Assembly (NCBI RefSeq): GCF_964213995.1
Contig: NW_027590150.1
Span: 620,001-684,000 of the forward strand
DNA: 64,000 nt
From: Mustelus asterias
Lineage: Eukaryota
Direction: 5' to 3'
Position numbers and translations under genes: made by a program. The notes under the pieces are model-generated. The model ran no database searches. It saw only the letters and a program-made list of their open reading frames with translations, and was not told the DNA's origin. This document shows positions 48,975 through 61,879 of this stretch, piece by piece (within the stretch, counting starts at the first letter, position 1; the number at the start of each line of letters is the position of its first letter).

Positions 48975-49670
48975 CAACATACAAATTAGGAGCAGGAGTA
49001 GGCCACTCGGCCCCTCTAGCCTGTTCCACCACTCAATAAGACCATGGTTGATCTGATTGTAACCTCAAATCCACATTCCTTTTACCCCTTGTTAATCAAG
49101 AATCTATCCAGCTCTGCCTTCAAAATATTTAAAGACACTGCTTCCAATGCTTTTTGAGGAAGACCCAGAGACTCGCTGCCCTCTAAGAGAAAACATTTAT
49201 TTCTCATCTTTGTGTCAACTGAGCAACATTTTATTTTTCAATAATGTATTCAATAATAAGAATTAGATTCGCTCACATGAGAAATCATCCTCTTTAAATC
49301 GATCCTGTCAAAATACCTCAGGAACTGAAAAAGATTTGAATCAAATTGCCTCTTACTCTTTTAAGCTCCAGCAGATACAAGCTCAGGCTACTCAGTCTTT
49401 CCTCATAAGAGAACCTCCCATTTCTGGTATAGTCTAGTAGACCTTCTCTGAACTGCTTCTAACACATTTACATTCTTCTTTAAATAAGGAGACAAATACT
49501 TTAATCATATTCCAAATCGCCAGTGTTCTGTAAAGCAGAAGCATAACCTCTGTTTTGTATTCAATTCCCCTCACAATAAACAATAACATTATGTTAACTT
49601 TCCCAATTACTTGCTGTACCCTTCTACTAGCCTTTTGTGACTCATGAACCAGGACACTCAGAATCCTCTG
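48975..49670 (-). mobile_element. old CR1 3' fragment
   Basis: HESQKAS-VQQVIGK-N-ML-FI-RGIEYK motif and CR1 tail. Confidence 0.75.
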
Positions 49671-49679
49671 ACGGGGAAC

Positions 49680-49860
49680 TGAATTTCTCCTCACAGTCTC
49701 CACATTTACACGGTTTCTCCCTAATGTGACTGTGGATGTGAATGGTGCTGTTTCCTTCCATGTTCAAAATTCTCTGCTGTTAAGGTTACGATAAATTGTG
49801 CAGCTCCATCCAATCCTGATATTCTGTGTGAGTTTCCTGACCCCAAATCCTCCCCTTCTA
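49680..49860 (-). pseudogene. Z10: 5' remnant of a subfamily B zinc-finger exon
   Basis: ttttgaacATGgaaggaaacagcaccattcac...gagaaaccgtgtaaatgtggagactgtg, cut by CR1. Confidence 0.7.
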
Positions 49861-49978
49861 AGCCAATTATATTAACACCTATAACAGAGCTGGAGTTATT
49901 TTTCAATTCAGCAGAAACAGACACAAACAAACATGGTTAAGTCTGAATATGATTAACAGCAAAATCCAATCACAATAG

Positions 49979-50563
49979 TTACTTGTGAATTTGCTGGTGT
50001 TTTCGCAGCCTGGATGAAGTAATGTATCCCTTCCCACACTGGGAGCAAGTGAATGGCCTCTCTCCAGTGTGAGTTCGCTGGTGATTTAGCATCGTGCATG
50101 AGGTAATGAATCCCTTTCCACACACAGAGCAGGTGAACGGCCTCTCCCCAGTATGAATTCGCTGGTGTTTCAGCAGCATGGCTGAGGTAGTGAAACCCTT
50201 CCCACACTGGGAGCAGGTGAACGGCCTCTCCCCAGTGTGAACTCGTTGATGATTTAGCAGCGTGGATGACTGAGTAAATCCCTTCCCACACTGAGAGCAG
50301 GCGAATGGCCTTTCGTCAGTATGAATTCGCTCGTGTATCACTAGGTTGGATGACTGATTGAATTCCTTCCTACACACAGAACATGTGAACGGTCTCTCCC
50401 CTGTGTGAATTCGCTGGTGTTTCAGCAGATGGGATGAGGTAGTGAATCCCTTCCCACATTGAGAGCAGGTGAACGGTCTCTCCCCGGTGTGAATGCGTCG
50501 ATGAGTTTCCAGGTGGGATGGGTAATCAAATCCCTTCCCACAATCCTCACATTTCCAAGCCAT
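49979..50563 (-). CDS. Z11: C2H2 zinc-finger protein, 7 fingers (subfamily B, original ATG lost, new ATG at 50563)
   Basis: ORF open 49979-50680; MEGKS start reads ATA; first in-frame ATG is gagATGg (EMAWKC). Confidence 0.8.
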   Translation of the reverse strand: MAWKCEDCGKGFDYPSHLETHRRIHTGERPFTCSQCGKGFTTSSHLLKHQRIHTGERPFTCSVCRKEFNQSSNLVIHERIHTDERPFACSQCGKGFTQSSTLLNHQRVHTGERPFTCSQCGKGFTTSAMLLKHQRIHTGERPFTCSVCGKGFITSCTMLNHQRTHTGERPFTCSQCGKGYITSSRLRKHQQIHK

Positions 50564-52229
50564 CTCCCTGTTGTGACTGCAATTATGTCCTGAAAGGCCA
50601 GATGATTGGGTGAAGTCTTGTCCACAAACAGAACACAGTTTCTCTCCACTGTGAATGGTGCTTTTTCCTTCTATATTCAAAATACAATGATATTCAGGTT
50701 ACAATAAATTGGTCGACTCAATCAGGTCTGAGATCATGTTTGATTTCTGTTTACCAACTGCAAATCTTCCTCTCCTAAAAGGTTGTGAAATTGATTTAGA
50801 ACAGAAAAAAACTCATTTTCTCCTCATGCAACTGGCAAACATTATCTTATCTATGGAAAGAGACATAAAGTTAAAAGGCAAAAGGGATCAAAGGATATGG
50901 GGGTTTGGGCTATTATCATAATGAATAGAAGAGCAGGCTTGAAGGGCCAAATGGCCTACTCCTGATCCTATTTTCTATGTTTCTATGCAACTCAATGTCT
51001 ATGAGGATGGTGGAACAGTAAACAAATGGTTTCAAAATGAGATTGGATCGGCACACAAAGGAAATGAACATGCTGCACTAATGGAGATATAGAGGGGAAT
51101 GGGGCTGAGTGGATCACTCTGCAGAAAGTTGACATGGACTCAAGTTCCTTCTGAAGTGTAGAGTCCATGATTGGAAATGTATAACATAGCTGCAGTACTA
51201 GATTACAAGAATGGAAATAATAAATACATTATTTTACTGAAATATAAATATTATACCTAATACGTACTATAAAACAACACTGGATATATCTCTGTTGTTA
51301 CGTCCCAAGCCAACTGATAACCTTATAATAAACACATTCCTGACAATTCCAAGGATAAAATGAGTGAGGTTTCACTTTTTAAAATGTTTCATTGTAAAAA
51401 TCAAAATAAAAGCAACATAAATGAATCAGGCATTGACAGACAAATAGTATTTGAATAGATGGGATACTTTTACTTCAATAAAACCAGTCTCAACAAAATC
51501 ACCAGCAATTTCTCCCTTAGAATTCGTGGCACTAATTCAATTTACCACAACTCTCTGTATTTCCCAGAGAGAGAGAAAAAACACAGGAGAATGGCACTCA
51601 GTCAAAATGCTCATTTGGCGAGTCGGGTACAGATATGATGGCCCATATATATGGCCCATATATATTTTATATATTTGCATATTTAATGGATAATAAATGT
51701 GTGTAATATACAGCACTCTGTTATGTGATTGGCAAGATAGGGATCAGTGAGGAAGAACTTTTTTTAGGCCCTGGAACTTGCTGCTGGTGAGAGTGGTGCA
51801 ACTGGAGATAATCAGCGATTTCAAAATGAAATTTGATGGACACTTGAAGGAAATAAACTTTCAGGGAAATGGGGATATTGAGGGGTATGGAATTGACTGA
51901 TTTTCTGTACAGAGAGTTGGTATGGACTTGAGTTGCCAAATAGATTCATTTTGTGCCACAGTGACTCTATGGCTTGAAATATAAAACATAGCAACGCTGC
52001 TATATATTTCAAGACAAGAAATAATTATAATGAACTTCAGAGAATCATAAATGATTTTGTATGTGCCATATGACCACACTATCTCTGTCCTCATTTGATT
52101 TACTGTTCCTTTAAACGTCATCCATCTCTTGGGAAAACGTTTTAATTGTGAGCATTAGGTAGGAGGCCATCCTATTAACCAGACAAATAAATGTGTCAAA
52201 CTGAGAGAGCTAAAGGATATCTTTGAGAG

Positions 52230-52930
52230 AAAAAGGAAAAGATACCTGGACCTTGTCCTGCTCCTAATTCCGATGTTCGTCTGTTTCCTTTCCAGAGTCT
52301 ACAGCCTCCCTTGATTCACTTCCTTTCCCTTCAGTTGCTGCAAGTCCCCAATTTCCCCCAGAATGAGGAAAGAAATGGAAAGGGGGAAACATTGATTTCC
52401 TCCCAGATGTTGTCCAGAGGCGGAAGCTTCACTCTGAAGCTCATTGGACAACTTCCGCATGTGACGTCACAAAGGAGCCCCCCTGAATCAGCCAATAGGA
52501 ATCAGTCTGCTTCGCGGTGACGTCATGGTTTTCCAGTGCGCAGGCCCGGCCCGCAAACGCGGGCCCCGCTCCCGCCCATTGTTCCCCTCCTCCTGCACCT
52601 CCTCGAGCCAAGGTTTCCAGGCAACCGGCTGGCGGCTCCGGCCAGAGCGAGAAGCCGCTCGGTGATCTCCCCCTCCCCCCTCTCTCCACGGCGGCTGCTG
52701 CTCCAAAAAGAGACCCGAGAGCGACCGCTGGCGGCAGCCGCACTGCGCCTGCGCCGGACAGCTCGGCTCAGCAGCGCTCTCTGCGCCTGCTCCGGACAGC
52801 TCGGCTCAGCAGCACTCTCTGCGCCTGCTCCGGACAGCTCGGCTCAGCAGCGCTCTCTGCGCCTGCTCCGGACAGCTCGGCTCAGCAGCGCTCTCTGCGC
52901 CTGCGTGCTGGGCTGCCAGCTGAGGGAGTG
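52230..52930. promoter_or_regulatory. CpG-island promoter upstream of Z11
   Basis: 52290-52380 matches exon 1 of Z4/Z9; 52428-52680 is the reverse complement of 15695-15952; TGACGTCA twice, CCAAT, GC boxes. Confidence 0.75.
52743..52905. repeat. 38-bp GC-rich tandem repeat, 4.3 copies
   Basis: ctgcgcctgctccggacagctcggctcagcagcgctct at 52743, 52781, 52819, 52857, 52895. Confidence 0.93.
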
Positions 52931-53258
52931 GGGGAGGGGACTTTGCAAAATCTCTTCCCATCATTTTCTTCCAAGTCCCGCAGTTTGATTTGAAACAGCA
53001 CAGCTTTTGTTTCAGACTCAAACGTCCTTCTCTGGCCAACATGTGTGAGTAAAACCTTGGTTAGGCGCATTTGAGGTATTGCATGCAGTTCTGGTCACCA
53101 CACTACCAGAAAGACATGGAAGCTTTGGAGAGAGTGCAGAGAAGGTTCACCCGGATGTTGCCTGGTCTCGAGGTGTGGACCATGAGGAGAGATTGAATAA
53201 ACTAGTCTTGTTTTCAACTGGAAAGATGTAGGATGAGGGGAGACCTGATAGTCCAAAT

Positions 53259-53607
53259 GCGGCACGGTAGCACAGTGGTTAGCACTGCTGCTTCACAGCT
53301 CCAGGGACCTGGGTTCGATTCCCAGCTTGGGTCACTGTCTGTGTGGAGTTTGCACATTCTCCTCGTGTCTGCGTGGGTTTCCTCCGGGTGCTCCGGTTTC
53401 CTCCCACAGTCCAAAGATGTGCGGGTTAGGTTGATTGGCCATGCTAAAATTGCCCCTTAGTGTCCTGAGATGCATAGGTTAGAGGGATTAGTGGGTAAAA
53501 TATGTCAGGATATGGGGGTAGGGCTTGGGTGGGATTGTGGTAGGTGCAGCCTCGATGGGCCGAATGGCCTCTTTCTGTACTGTAGGGTTTCTATGATTCT
53601 ATGATTC
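53259..53607 (+). mobile_element. full-length HE1-type SINE
   Basis: Near-identical to 21981-22320. Confidence 0.92.
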
Positions 53608-53609
53608 AT

Positions 53610-55400
53610 TTCAATGCAGCCTAACCAAGGTTTTATATAGCTGCAACATGATTTCCCAACTCTTGTACTCAATGCCCCGGCTGATGAAGGCAAGCATGAC
53701 TTCTGCTTTTTTAATCACTTTGGCAATCTGTGTTGCCAATTTTAGGGAACTGTGAACCTGCATGCCCAGATCCCTTTGTATCTTAATGTTCCTAAGGGTT
53801 CTACTATTTACAATATAATTCACATCTAATTTGATCCTCCAAAATACATCGCCTCGTGTTCGTATGGATGAAACTCCATCTGCCATTTCTGTGCTCAAGT
53901 CTCCAATTTATCTAAATTCTGTTGTATCCTCTGACAATCCCTGGCACTATCAGCAACTCCAACAGTCTTTGTGTCATCTGCAAATTTACTAATCCCTCAC
54001 ATTTTCCTCCAGATCATTTATATATATACTAACAGAGGTCCCAGTACAGATCCCTGCAGAACACCATCCATCTAGTATCCATCTAGCCAGCCCACCCTGA
54101 ATCATGTGATTTTTAGTTTATGTACCTGTCTGCCATGTGGGACCTTGTCAAACACCATAGTAAACTACGTCCACAGCCCTTCCCTCATCAATTATCTTTG
54201 TCACCTCTTCAAAAAATTCAATCAAATTAGTGAGACATGACCTTCCCCATACAAAACCCTGCTGCTTGTAACTAACTCGTCCATTTTCTTCCAAATGTGC
54301 ATATATCCTGTCCCTCAGTATCTTCTCCAAAAGCTTCTCCACCACTGACATAAAGCTCACCAGCCTATAAATTCCTGGATTATCCCTGCTTCCTTTCTCA
54401 AACAAGGGAACAACATTGGCTATTCTCCAGTCCTCTGGAACCTCACCTGTGGTCAAAGAGGACGTGAAGATATCTGTTAAGGCCCCGGCTATTTCTTCCC
54501 TTGTCTCCTGCAGCAACCTGGGATAGATCCCACCTGGCCCTGGGGACTTGTCTACCTTAACACAATTTAGGATACTCAACAATTCTTCCTTCGATATATT
54601 TACATTCACTAGAGCGTTCACACACCTATCCCTGAACTCAACATCCATTATGTCCTTCTCCTTGATCAATACCGATACAAAGTACTCATTAAGGTTCTCA
54701 CCCACTTCCTATGGCTCCACGGAAAACTTCCCTCCATTGTCCTTGAGTGGGCCTACTCTTCCTCTTGCTACCCTCTTGCTCCTAATATGCGCATAAAAAG
54801 CTTTGGGGTTCTCCTTGACCCTGTTTACTAAAGACATTTCATGGCCCCTTTTAGCCCTCCTAATTCCACGGTTAAGTTCCTTCCTACTTTCAATGTGCTC
54901 CTCAAGCGCTTCATTCATTTTTAGACGAGGCCTGTCATATGCTTCTTTTATCCTTTTGACTGAAATTACAATTTTCCTTGTCATCCATGGTTCCTGAATC
55001 CTGCCATTTCTATCTTCATTTTTTGCGAGAACATGCCTGTCCTGCACTTCAATCAACCGGCCTTTAAAAGCCTTCCACATGCCAGACATGGATTTACCTT
55101 CAAATAGCTGCTCCCAGTCCACATTCCCCAGTTCCTGTCTAATTTGGATGTAATTGGCCCGTGCCTAATTAAGCACCCTCACCCGAGGGCAACTCTTGTT
55201 CTTATCCACGACTATCTGAAATCTTATGGAATTATGGTTGCTAAACCCAAAATGCTCCCCCACTGAAACATTGATCACCTGGCCCAGCTCATTCCCCAAT
55301 ACCAAGTCGAGTATAGCCCCCTCCGGGTTGGATTGTCAACACACTGTATCAAAAAGGCCTCTAGGACAATCTAACAAATTGTTCTCCATCCGAGCCCTTG
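53610..55400 (-). mobile_element. degenerate CR1 ORF2 (late endonuclease to RT)
   Basis: [43 protein letters not shown] motifs in broken frames. Confidence 0.88.
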
Positions 55401-55419
55401 GCTGTCAGGGAATTTGTAT

Positions 55420-56080
55420 AGATATTTAATAAGAAAAGTTAACAAAGTGAGCATTGGTCCCATAGAAAGTGATCTGGAGAATTGGTTGTGGAAAGTAGGG
55501 CTATGGTGGATGAACTAAACAGATATTTTGCACCTGTCTTTGCTATAGACAGCACAAGTAACCTCCCAGAGATAGTTGTAAATCAGGAAATGGAAGAGAT
55601 GGTGCAAATCAGGAAAATTACGAACAGTGGTATTGAGCACATTGTTGGGTGTGTGCGCTGACAGGTTCTCTGGTCCGAATGGACTTCTCCCTAAGGTCTT
55701 GAAAGAAGAGGCTACTGAGATCATTGATGCAGTCATTTTAATTTTACAAAATTTCAGCGATTCAGGGAAAAATGGCAAATGTTTTATTATTCAAAAAGGA
55801 AGAGAGAAAGTGGGAAAGTTCAGGCCAGTTAGCCGAACATTTGTCACAGGGAAAATGTTAAAAGCCATTCTCTTCCTCTGCAGTGGAAGCAGAGTCTTTG
55901 AATATTTTTAAGACAAAGCTAGATAGATTCCTGACTAACAAGAGGGTGAAAGGTTATGGGATGTAGGCAGGAATGTAGAGTTGAGGTTACAATCAGATCA
56001 GCCATGAGCTTACTGAATGGTGGAGCAGGCTCGAGGGGCCGAATGACCTACTTCTGCTCCTAATTTTTATGTTCGTATGC
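55420..56080 (+). mobile_element. old internally deleted CR1 whose tail truncates Z12
   Basis: SGPNGLLPKVLKE-A-EI-DA motif; tail gagcaggctcgaggggccgaatgacctacttctgctcctaatttttatgttcgtatg abuts the last finger. Confidence 0.78.
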
Positions 56081-56602
56081 TCGCTGGTGTTTCAGCAGCT
56101 GGGATGACTGAGTGAATCTCTTCCCACACTCAGAGCAGGTGAATGGCCTCTCCCCAGTGTGAGTGCGCTGGTGTACAGTGAGATGAGATGATTGTCTGAA
56201 CCCAGTCCCACATTGAGAGCACCTGAATGGTCTCTCATCAGTGTGAACACGTTGATGGTACATTAGTTCCTGACAATTTTTATAACACTTCCCGCAGTCC
56301 AGACATTTAAAAGGTCTGTCCTCACTGTGAACACTTTGGTGTGTCATCAGGTTAGATGAATTAATGAATCCCTTCCCACACACACAACAGGTGAATGGCC
56401 TCTGCCCTGTGTGACCACGCTGATGAATTTCCAGCTGTGATGGGTAATTGAATCTCTTTCCACAGTCCCCACATTTCCACGGCTTCTCCCTGTTGTGACT
56501 GCATTTGTGTCTTGACAGGCCGGATGATTGGCTGAAGTCTCGCGCACACACAGAACATGTGTACGATTTCTTCCCACTGTGAATGGTGCTTTTTCCTTCC
56601 AT
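56060..56602 (-). CDS. Z12: C2H2 zinc-finger protein, 5 fingers plus a truncated sixth (subfamily B)
   Basis: aacATGgaaggaaaa start; stop codon lies in the antisense CR1 tail (HQRAYEHKN*). Confidence 0.75.
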   Translation of the reverse strand: MEGKSTIHSGKKSYTCSVCARDFSQSSGLSRHKCSHNREKPWKCGDCGKRFNYPSQLEIHQRGHTGQRPFTCCVCGKGFINSSNLMTHQSVHSEDRPFKCLDCGKCYKNCQELMYHQRVHTDERPFRCSQCGTGFRQSSHLTVHQRTHTGERPFTCSECGKRFTQSSQLLKHQRAYEHKN

Positions 56603-57250
56603 GTTCAAAATCCAATGATGTTCCGGTTACGATAAATTGGGTGATCCATCAGATCCTGACCTGATGTTTGGTTTGAGCTTTCTGATTGCAAATTCACCCC
56701 TTCTGAAACAGAAAAAGTGAGAGTGAAGCCACAAAAACACAAAAGTAGGTTGTGAAATGGAGCTGAATGAATCTGTTAATTTATGGGGCCGGCACCAGGA
56801 AAGAGTGACCATGAAAACTGCTGGATTGTCATAAATTTAACAATTGGTTCATTATATCCTTCAGGAAAGGGAACCTGCCACCCAGTCTGGACCGATACAC
56901 GATCCAGTATCTATGGAAGGGAATGAGAGGGAGAGAGAGGTTAGAAGAAGCAGAGGATGAAGAAGAGGGATTTTTCTGTATTTGCAGCTTGATCAGAACT
57001 CTGACAGAATCACCTTAACCCTCAACCTCCACCACCGACAACGGCCAGAGTATTCAGCATATGTTAAGACCATTACCTCTAAGTTCCCCTCCAACTCACA
57101 CATCGTCCTGACTTGTCTGACATCCAATACTGGAACATCAGAAATTTTCTCTCATTTAAATATTGAGAAGACTGAAGCCATACTTTCCAGTTCCCACTCC
57201 AAACTTCATTCTCTAACTACTGACACCGTCACTCTCTCGGCCAACTGTGT

Positions 57251-57527
57251 GGCTGGCACAGTGGTTAGCACTGCTGCCTCACAGCGCCAGGGACCTGGGT
57301 TCGATTCCTGGCTTGGGTGCCTGTCTGTGCAGAGTTTGCACATTCTCCCCGTGTCTGTGTGGGTTACTTCCGGGTGCTCCAGTTTCCTCGCACAATCTGA
57401 AAGACATGTTGGTAAGGTGCATTGGCCATGCTGAATTCTCCCTCAGTGTATCCGTACAGGCGCCGGAATTCTCACATTAACTTCATTGCAGTGTTAATGT
57501 AAGCCTACTTGTGACACTAATAAATAA
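57251..57527 (+). mobile_element. tRNA-derived SINE (alternative tail)
   Basis: Head/core and acttcattgcagtgttaatgtaagcctacttgtgacactaataaat tail. Confidence 0.85.
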
Positions 57528-57689
57528 CCAGGTTGTTCAGAACCATGATGTTATATAACCATGGTTGAGGGGGTGGCACAGTTGTTGTGCTGCATCAGTG
57601 AGAAATTGGAAGTGAAAGAGTGAAGCAGTTTGATGGGCAAGTTGTCCACGTTCTGTCACTGGAGAAATTTCAAAATTATTGCCCCCAAC

Positions 57690-58250
57690 AAAAATGGCAT
57701 CTGCGCATGCGCCCTATTGCGAGTGCCCCCGCTAAAGATGACAGCTGCGCATGCGTCTTGCTGCGACCACCCGAAAAAGATGGCGGCGGTTAACCCGGGT
57801 CTGTAACTGAGAGAAAGTTACGGCCCTGCTCTGTGCAAAGGGCCGGGGACCATCCCAATTACCGGTAGGTTCTTTTTCAAGGATTCGCGGTTTATGTAAC
57901 GTCTTTACGAAGTCTCGCAAACCGCCCCCCTGATCCATCGCTCCCTCTGCCTCGCCATTCCCACCTTTTCTCATTGTGGATCTGAGCAAGATTCGGCTCC
58001 ACCGCCATTAATCACACTGCGCATGCTTCATTTATACCCCAGCCCCGCCCCTCAATAACTGATTGGAGGACCAGCTGCTTCCGCTCCGTCCTTTAGCCCC
58101 GCCCCCTCTTCCTATTGGTCCGGAGCTGCTGTCAATCAGTCCCTGGGCATTGTGAGCGAAACAAACCCTTCAGAATCATTGTCAGCTCCCTGGTTTGCAG
58201 CTGCGGGGCTTCTCCCTCCCTCCCTCCCGGGAACAGGCCCAGGTTAACGG
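57690..58250. promoter_or_regulatory. CpG-island divergent promoter for Z12 (-) and Z13 (+)
   Basis: tgcgcatgcgc (57702), tgcgcatgcgt, aagatggcggc (near 57778), ATTGG and GC boxes; 58010-58710 is paralogous to 16335-17545. Confidence 0.75.
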
Positions 58251-59371
58251 CCCCATCCTGGCTCAGCCACTGGAGGATGGTTCACATCAGAGGATGGGGG
58301 AGGGGGACAATAAATAAGAGGTTACACTTTGGCCTCAAATCAATGAGGACTCTGATCTCTGGGAAGGAAGGAAACCCTGGGAGGTGGGCGGGGAGGATTC
58401 ACAAACACCCGCTGGAGGCCCCAACATCCCCAGTAAGACCCATTGGTTTTGTCAGTCTGCAGACAGGAGCTGGAGAACTGAACCCAGACAGAGGAGAGGG
58501 AGGGAGAAAACTGGGAGTGGAGGAAAGAAATGGTGCAGATGGTGAGGAGGAGGGAGAGTGTGTGGGACGGGGATTTACAGATTTGAGGGAACAAGAAAAA
58601 AAAATGTTCCAGAGAAACTAGAATTGTCTGTTCAGAATTTCTATCCTGGACTGACAGTGATGGATTTTTGAAACTGCTTTTACAGATGAGGATTTACACA
58701 CAGGAAACTCAAACCAAGACAAATGTCACTTTGTGATTTCTATCGTGCATTGACAGCAATGGGTTTTGTAAACAGAGATTGAAGGGGTTGAACCATTTTT
58801 CTTTAGAAAATAAGGGATTACGCAGTGACCCGATAGTCTTTTAAAATTATCAGATGCTTGGACAGGGGAGATGTGGAGAAAATACTTCCATTTGAGAGAG
58901 TTCAAAATTAGCGACCATCAATAAGCAAAGAGTGATAAATACATGATAGTTACTAATCAATCCAAGATGAAGCTGAGGATAAATTTCTTTACTCACAGGT
59001 TGAGAATGTGAAATTCATTAATACAGGAAGCAGTTGAGGAAATTATTGAGCTGTTGTCAGAAGGAAAACATAAGACCATAAAATATAGGATTCAGCTATT
59101 TGGCCCATTGTGTCTGCTCCACTATTCAATCATGGCTGATAAGTTTATCAACCCCATTCTCCTGCTCTTTCTCTGTAACCTTTGATCCCTTTACCAATCA
59201 AGAACCTTTTTATCTCTTTGAAATGTACTCAATGACCTTGCCGCCACAGTCTTCTATGGCACTGAATTTCACAGATTCACCATCCTCTGGCTGAAGAAAT
59301 TCATGACAAACACATCAGAGAAAAAGGAATAGAAAGATCAGCTGAAAGATTGAGATGTGGTAGGTAGAATT

Positions 59372-59680
59372 TATAGTGTTCCTACAATGTAGGAGGCCAT
59401 TTGGCCCATTGAGTCTGCACAACCACAATCCCACCCTGACCCTATACTCATAACCCCACTTATTTAACCTGGTAGTCCCCCTGACAGTAAGGGACAATTT
59501 AGCATGGACAATCAACCTAACCTGCACATATTTGGACTGAGGGGGCAAACCGGAGCACCCAAAGGAAATCCACACAGACACGGGGAGAATGTGCAAACTC
59601 CACACAGACAGTCACCTGAGGCTGGAATCAATCCCAGGTCCCTGGCATGTGAGGCAGCAGTGCTAACCATTGTGCCGCCC
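59372..59680 (-). mobile_element. HE1-type SINE
   Basis: Reverse-complement head, core and CR1-like tail. Confidence 0.85.
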
Positions 59681-60230
59681 ATGATGGGATAGGAGGAGAT
59701 GTGTGTCGAGTATAAACAACAGCAGGTTAGTTGGACCAAATGGACTGTTTGTGTCTGATAAGTTTGAAGTAATTCAATTTAAACTCCTTTCGCAGAATAT
59801 TTGCAGATTGGAAATTCAAACTGAATATCATGTCAAGATTGGTCAGAGTCACTTGATTCATCAGGAGCTGATCATCATCAGCCTATGAATGTGGAAGGAG
59901 AAATGTTGTCTGTTTTGTCTTTGGGAAATGATTCAAATATCAGTGTGACTGGAAAAGAACCGAGACACACATCTAAGCGATTTTCCGCAGTTTTCTGGAA
60001 CAGAGCTTTAACCAGTCACACAGCATGAAAAGAAACTGCACATTTACATCAGGAGACACCTTACTCGTGTTGTATTTGTGGATCAGGCTTCAACTGATTA
60101 CCATATGAACAAGGAACAGCAACAGGCCATTCGGCCCCACCAGCCTGCTCTGTCATTTAATAACATCATGGCTGATCTGATAGTGACTTCAAATCTCACC
60201 CCACCTACGCCCAATAACCTGTCGTTAACC

Positions 60231-61379
60231 ATGGAGAAACCATGGAAATGTGGAGACTGTGGGACGGGATTTAATTACCCGTCTGAATTGGAAACTCATC
60301 GACGTATTCACACTGGGGAGAGACCGTTCACCTGTCCCGTGTGTGGGAAGGGTTTCACTCAGTCATCCAGCCTCTACACACACCAGCATGTCCATACCGG
60401 TGAGAGGCCATTTACTTGTCTTCAATGTGGGAAGGGATTTAATGCTTTATCAAACCTCCAGACTCACTACCAAGTTCACTCTGATCAGAGACCGTTTAAA
60501 TGTTGTGACTGTGGGAAGAGTTTTAAAAGTAAAACGGATTTATTGATTCACCAACGCACTCACACTGGGGAGAGGCCATTCATCTGCTCCGTGTGTGGGA
60601 AGGGATTCACTCAGTCATCCCACCTCCTGACACACCAAAGTGTTCACACTGATCAGAGACCATTTAAATGTTCTGACTGTGAGAAGAACTTTAAAAGTAA
60701 AAAGGATTTACTGATTCATCAACGCACTCACACTGGGGAGAGGCCGTTCATCTGCTCCGTGTGTGGGAAGGGATTCACTTGTTCATCCCAGATCCTGAAA
60801 CACCGATTTGTTCACACTGATCAGAGACCTTTCAATTGTTCTAAATGTGAGAAAACATTTAAAAGCAAAAAGGATCTTCTGAAACACCAAAACACTCACA
60901 CTGGGGAGAGGCCGTTCATCTGCTCTCTCTGTGGGAAGGGATTCACTCGATTAGCCCACCTTCTGAGACACTATCGAGTTCACACTGGGGAGAGGCCGTT
61001 CACCTGCCCTGTGTGTTGTCAGGAATTCATTGATACATCTGACCTTCTGATACACCGGCGAGTTCACACTGGAGAGAGACCTTACACTTGCCTCCGGTGC
61101 AGCAAGAGATTCACTCAGTCATCCCACCTGACTACACACCAACTTGTTCACACTGATCAGAGACCTTTTGAATGTTCTGATTGTGAGAAGAGATTTAAAA
61201 GTAAACAGAATCTGCTGAAACACCAGCGAGTTCACACTGGGGAAAGGCCGTTCAACTGCTCCATGTGTGGGAAGGGATTCGCTCAGTCAAACAACCTGCT
61301 GAAACACCAGCAAGTTCACAGGCGACAGCAGGGGTTGGATTCTGCTGTTATTGCTGCTGTTCATCACACCCAGGACTGA
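60231..61379 (+). CDS. Z13: C2H2 zinc-finger protein, 13 fingers plus C-terminal tail [19 protein letters not shown]
   Basis: Intact ORF from accATGg at 60231 (in-frame upstream ATG at 60105); closest paralog of Z3. Confidence 0.9.
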   Translation: MEKPWKCGDCGTGFNYPSELETHRRIHTGERPFTCPVCGKGFTQSSSLYTHQHVHTGERPFTCLQCGKGFNALSNLQTHYQVHSDQRPFKCCDCGKSFKSKTDLLIHQRTHTGERPFICSVCGKGFTQSSHLLTHQSVHTDQRPFKCSDCEKNFKSKKDLLIHQRTHTGERPFICSVCGKGFTCSSQILKHRFVHTDQRPFNCSKCEKTFKSKKDLLKHQNTHTGERPFICSLCGKGFTRLAHLLRHYRVHTGERPFTCPVCCQEFIDTSDLLIHRRVHTGERPYTCLRCSKRFTQSSHLTTHQLVHTDQRPFECSDCEKRFKSKQNLLKHQRVHTGERPFNCSMCGKGFAQSNNLLKHQQVHRRQQGLDSAVIAAVHHTQD

Positions 61380-61879
61380 ATAGTGTCTGGTTACCAGTGA
61401 GGTTCCACAGTTTTGTGGTATATCTCAATGACTTAGACTTAAATGTAAGGCTCATGATTCAGTTTGCAGATGAAACAACAATTGTGTTTGTGTTTAACAA
61501 TCCAGAAGAAAGCCGTGGACTGCAGGAAGATATCAGTGGGCTGGTCAGATGGGCAGAAAAATGGCACATGGAATTCGATCTGGAGCAGTGAGAGAGAATG
61601 AATTTGGGACATTAGACAAGACAAGGGAGTGAACAATAAAGGGATGATGCTGAGAATTATAGAGGATCAGAGAGAACCTGGAGTCAACATCCAGGCATCT
61701 GTGAAGGAGGCTGGACAGGTAGATCATAAGACCAGAAGATGTAGGAGCGGAATTAGGCCATTCAGCCCATTGAGTCTGCTCTGCCATTCAATCAAGGCTG
61801 ATCAGTTTCTCAATCAGGTGGTCAAGAAGACATTTGGCCCAAGCCTAGTGTATAAGAGGAGGGAGATTTTGCTCAAACT

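Noticed and set aside
52743-52905. CRISPR-like array
   Set aside because: Contiguous tandem units with no unique spacers, vertebrate context, no cas genes.
52517-52993. 158-aa and 150-aa GC-rich ORFs as a coding first exon or effector domain
   Set aside because: Run through a CpG island and a 38-bp repeat; non-ATG starts, low complexity, no domain features.
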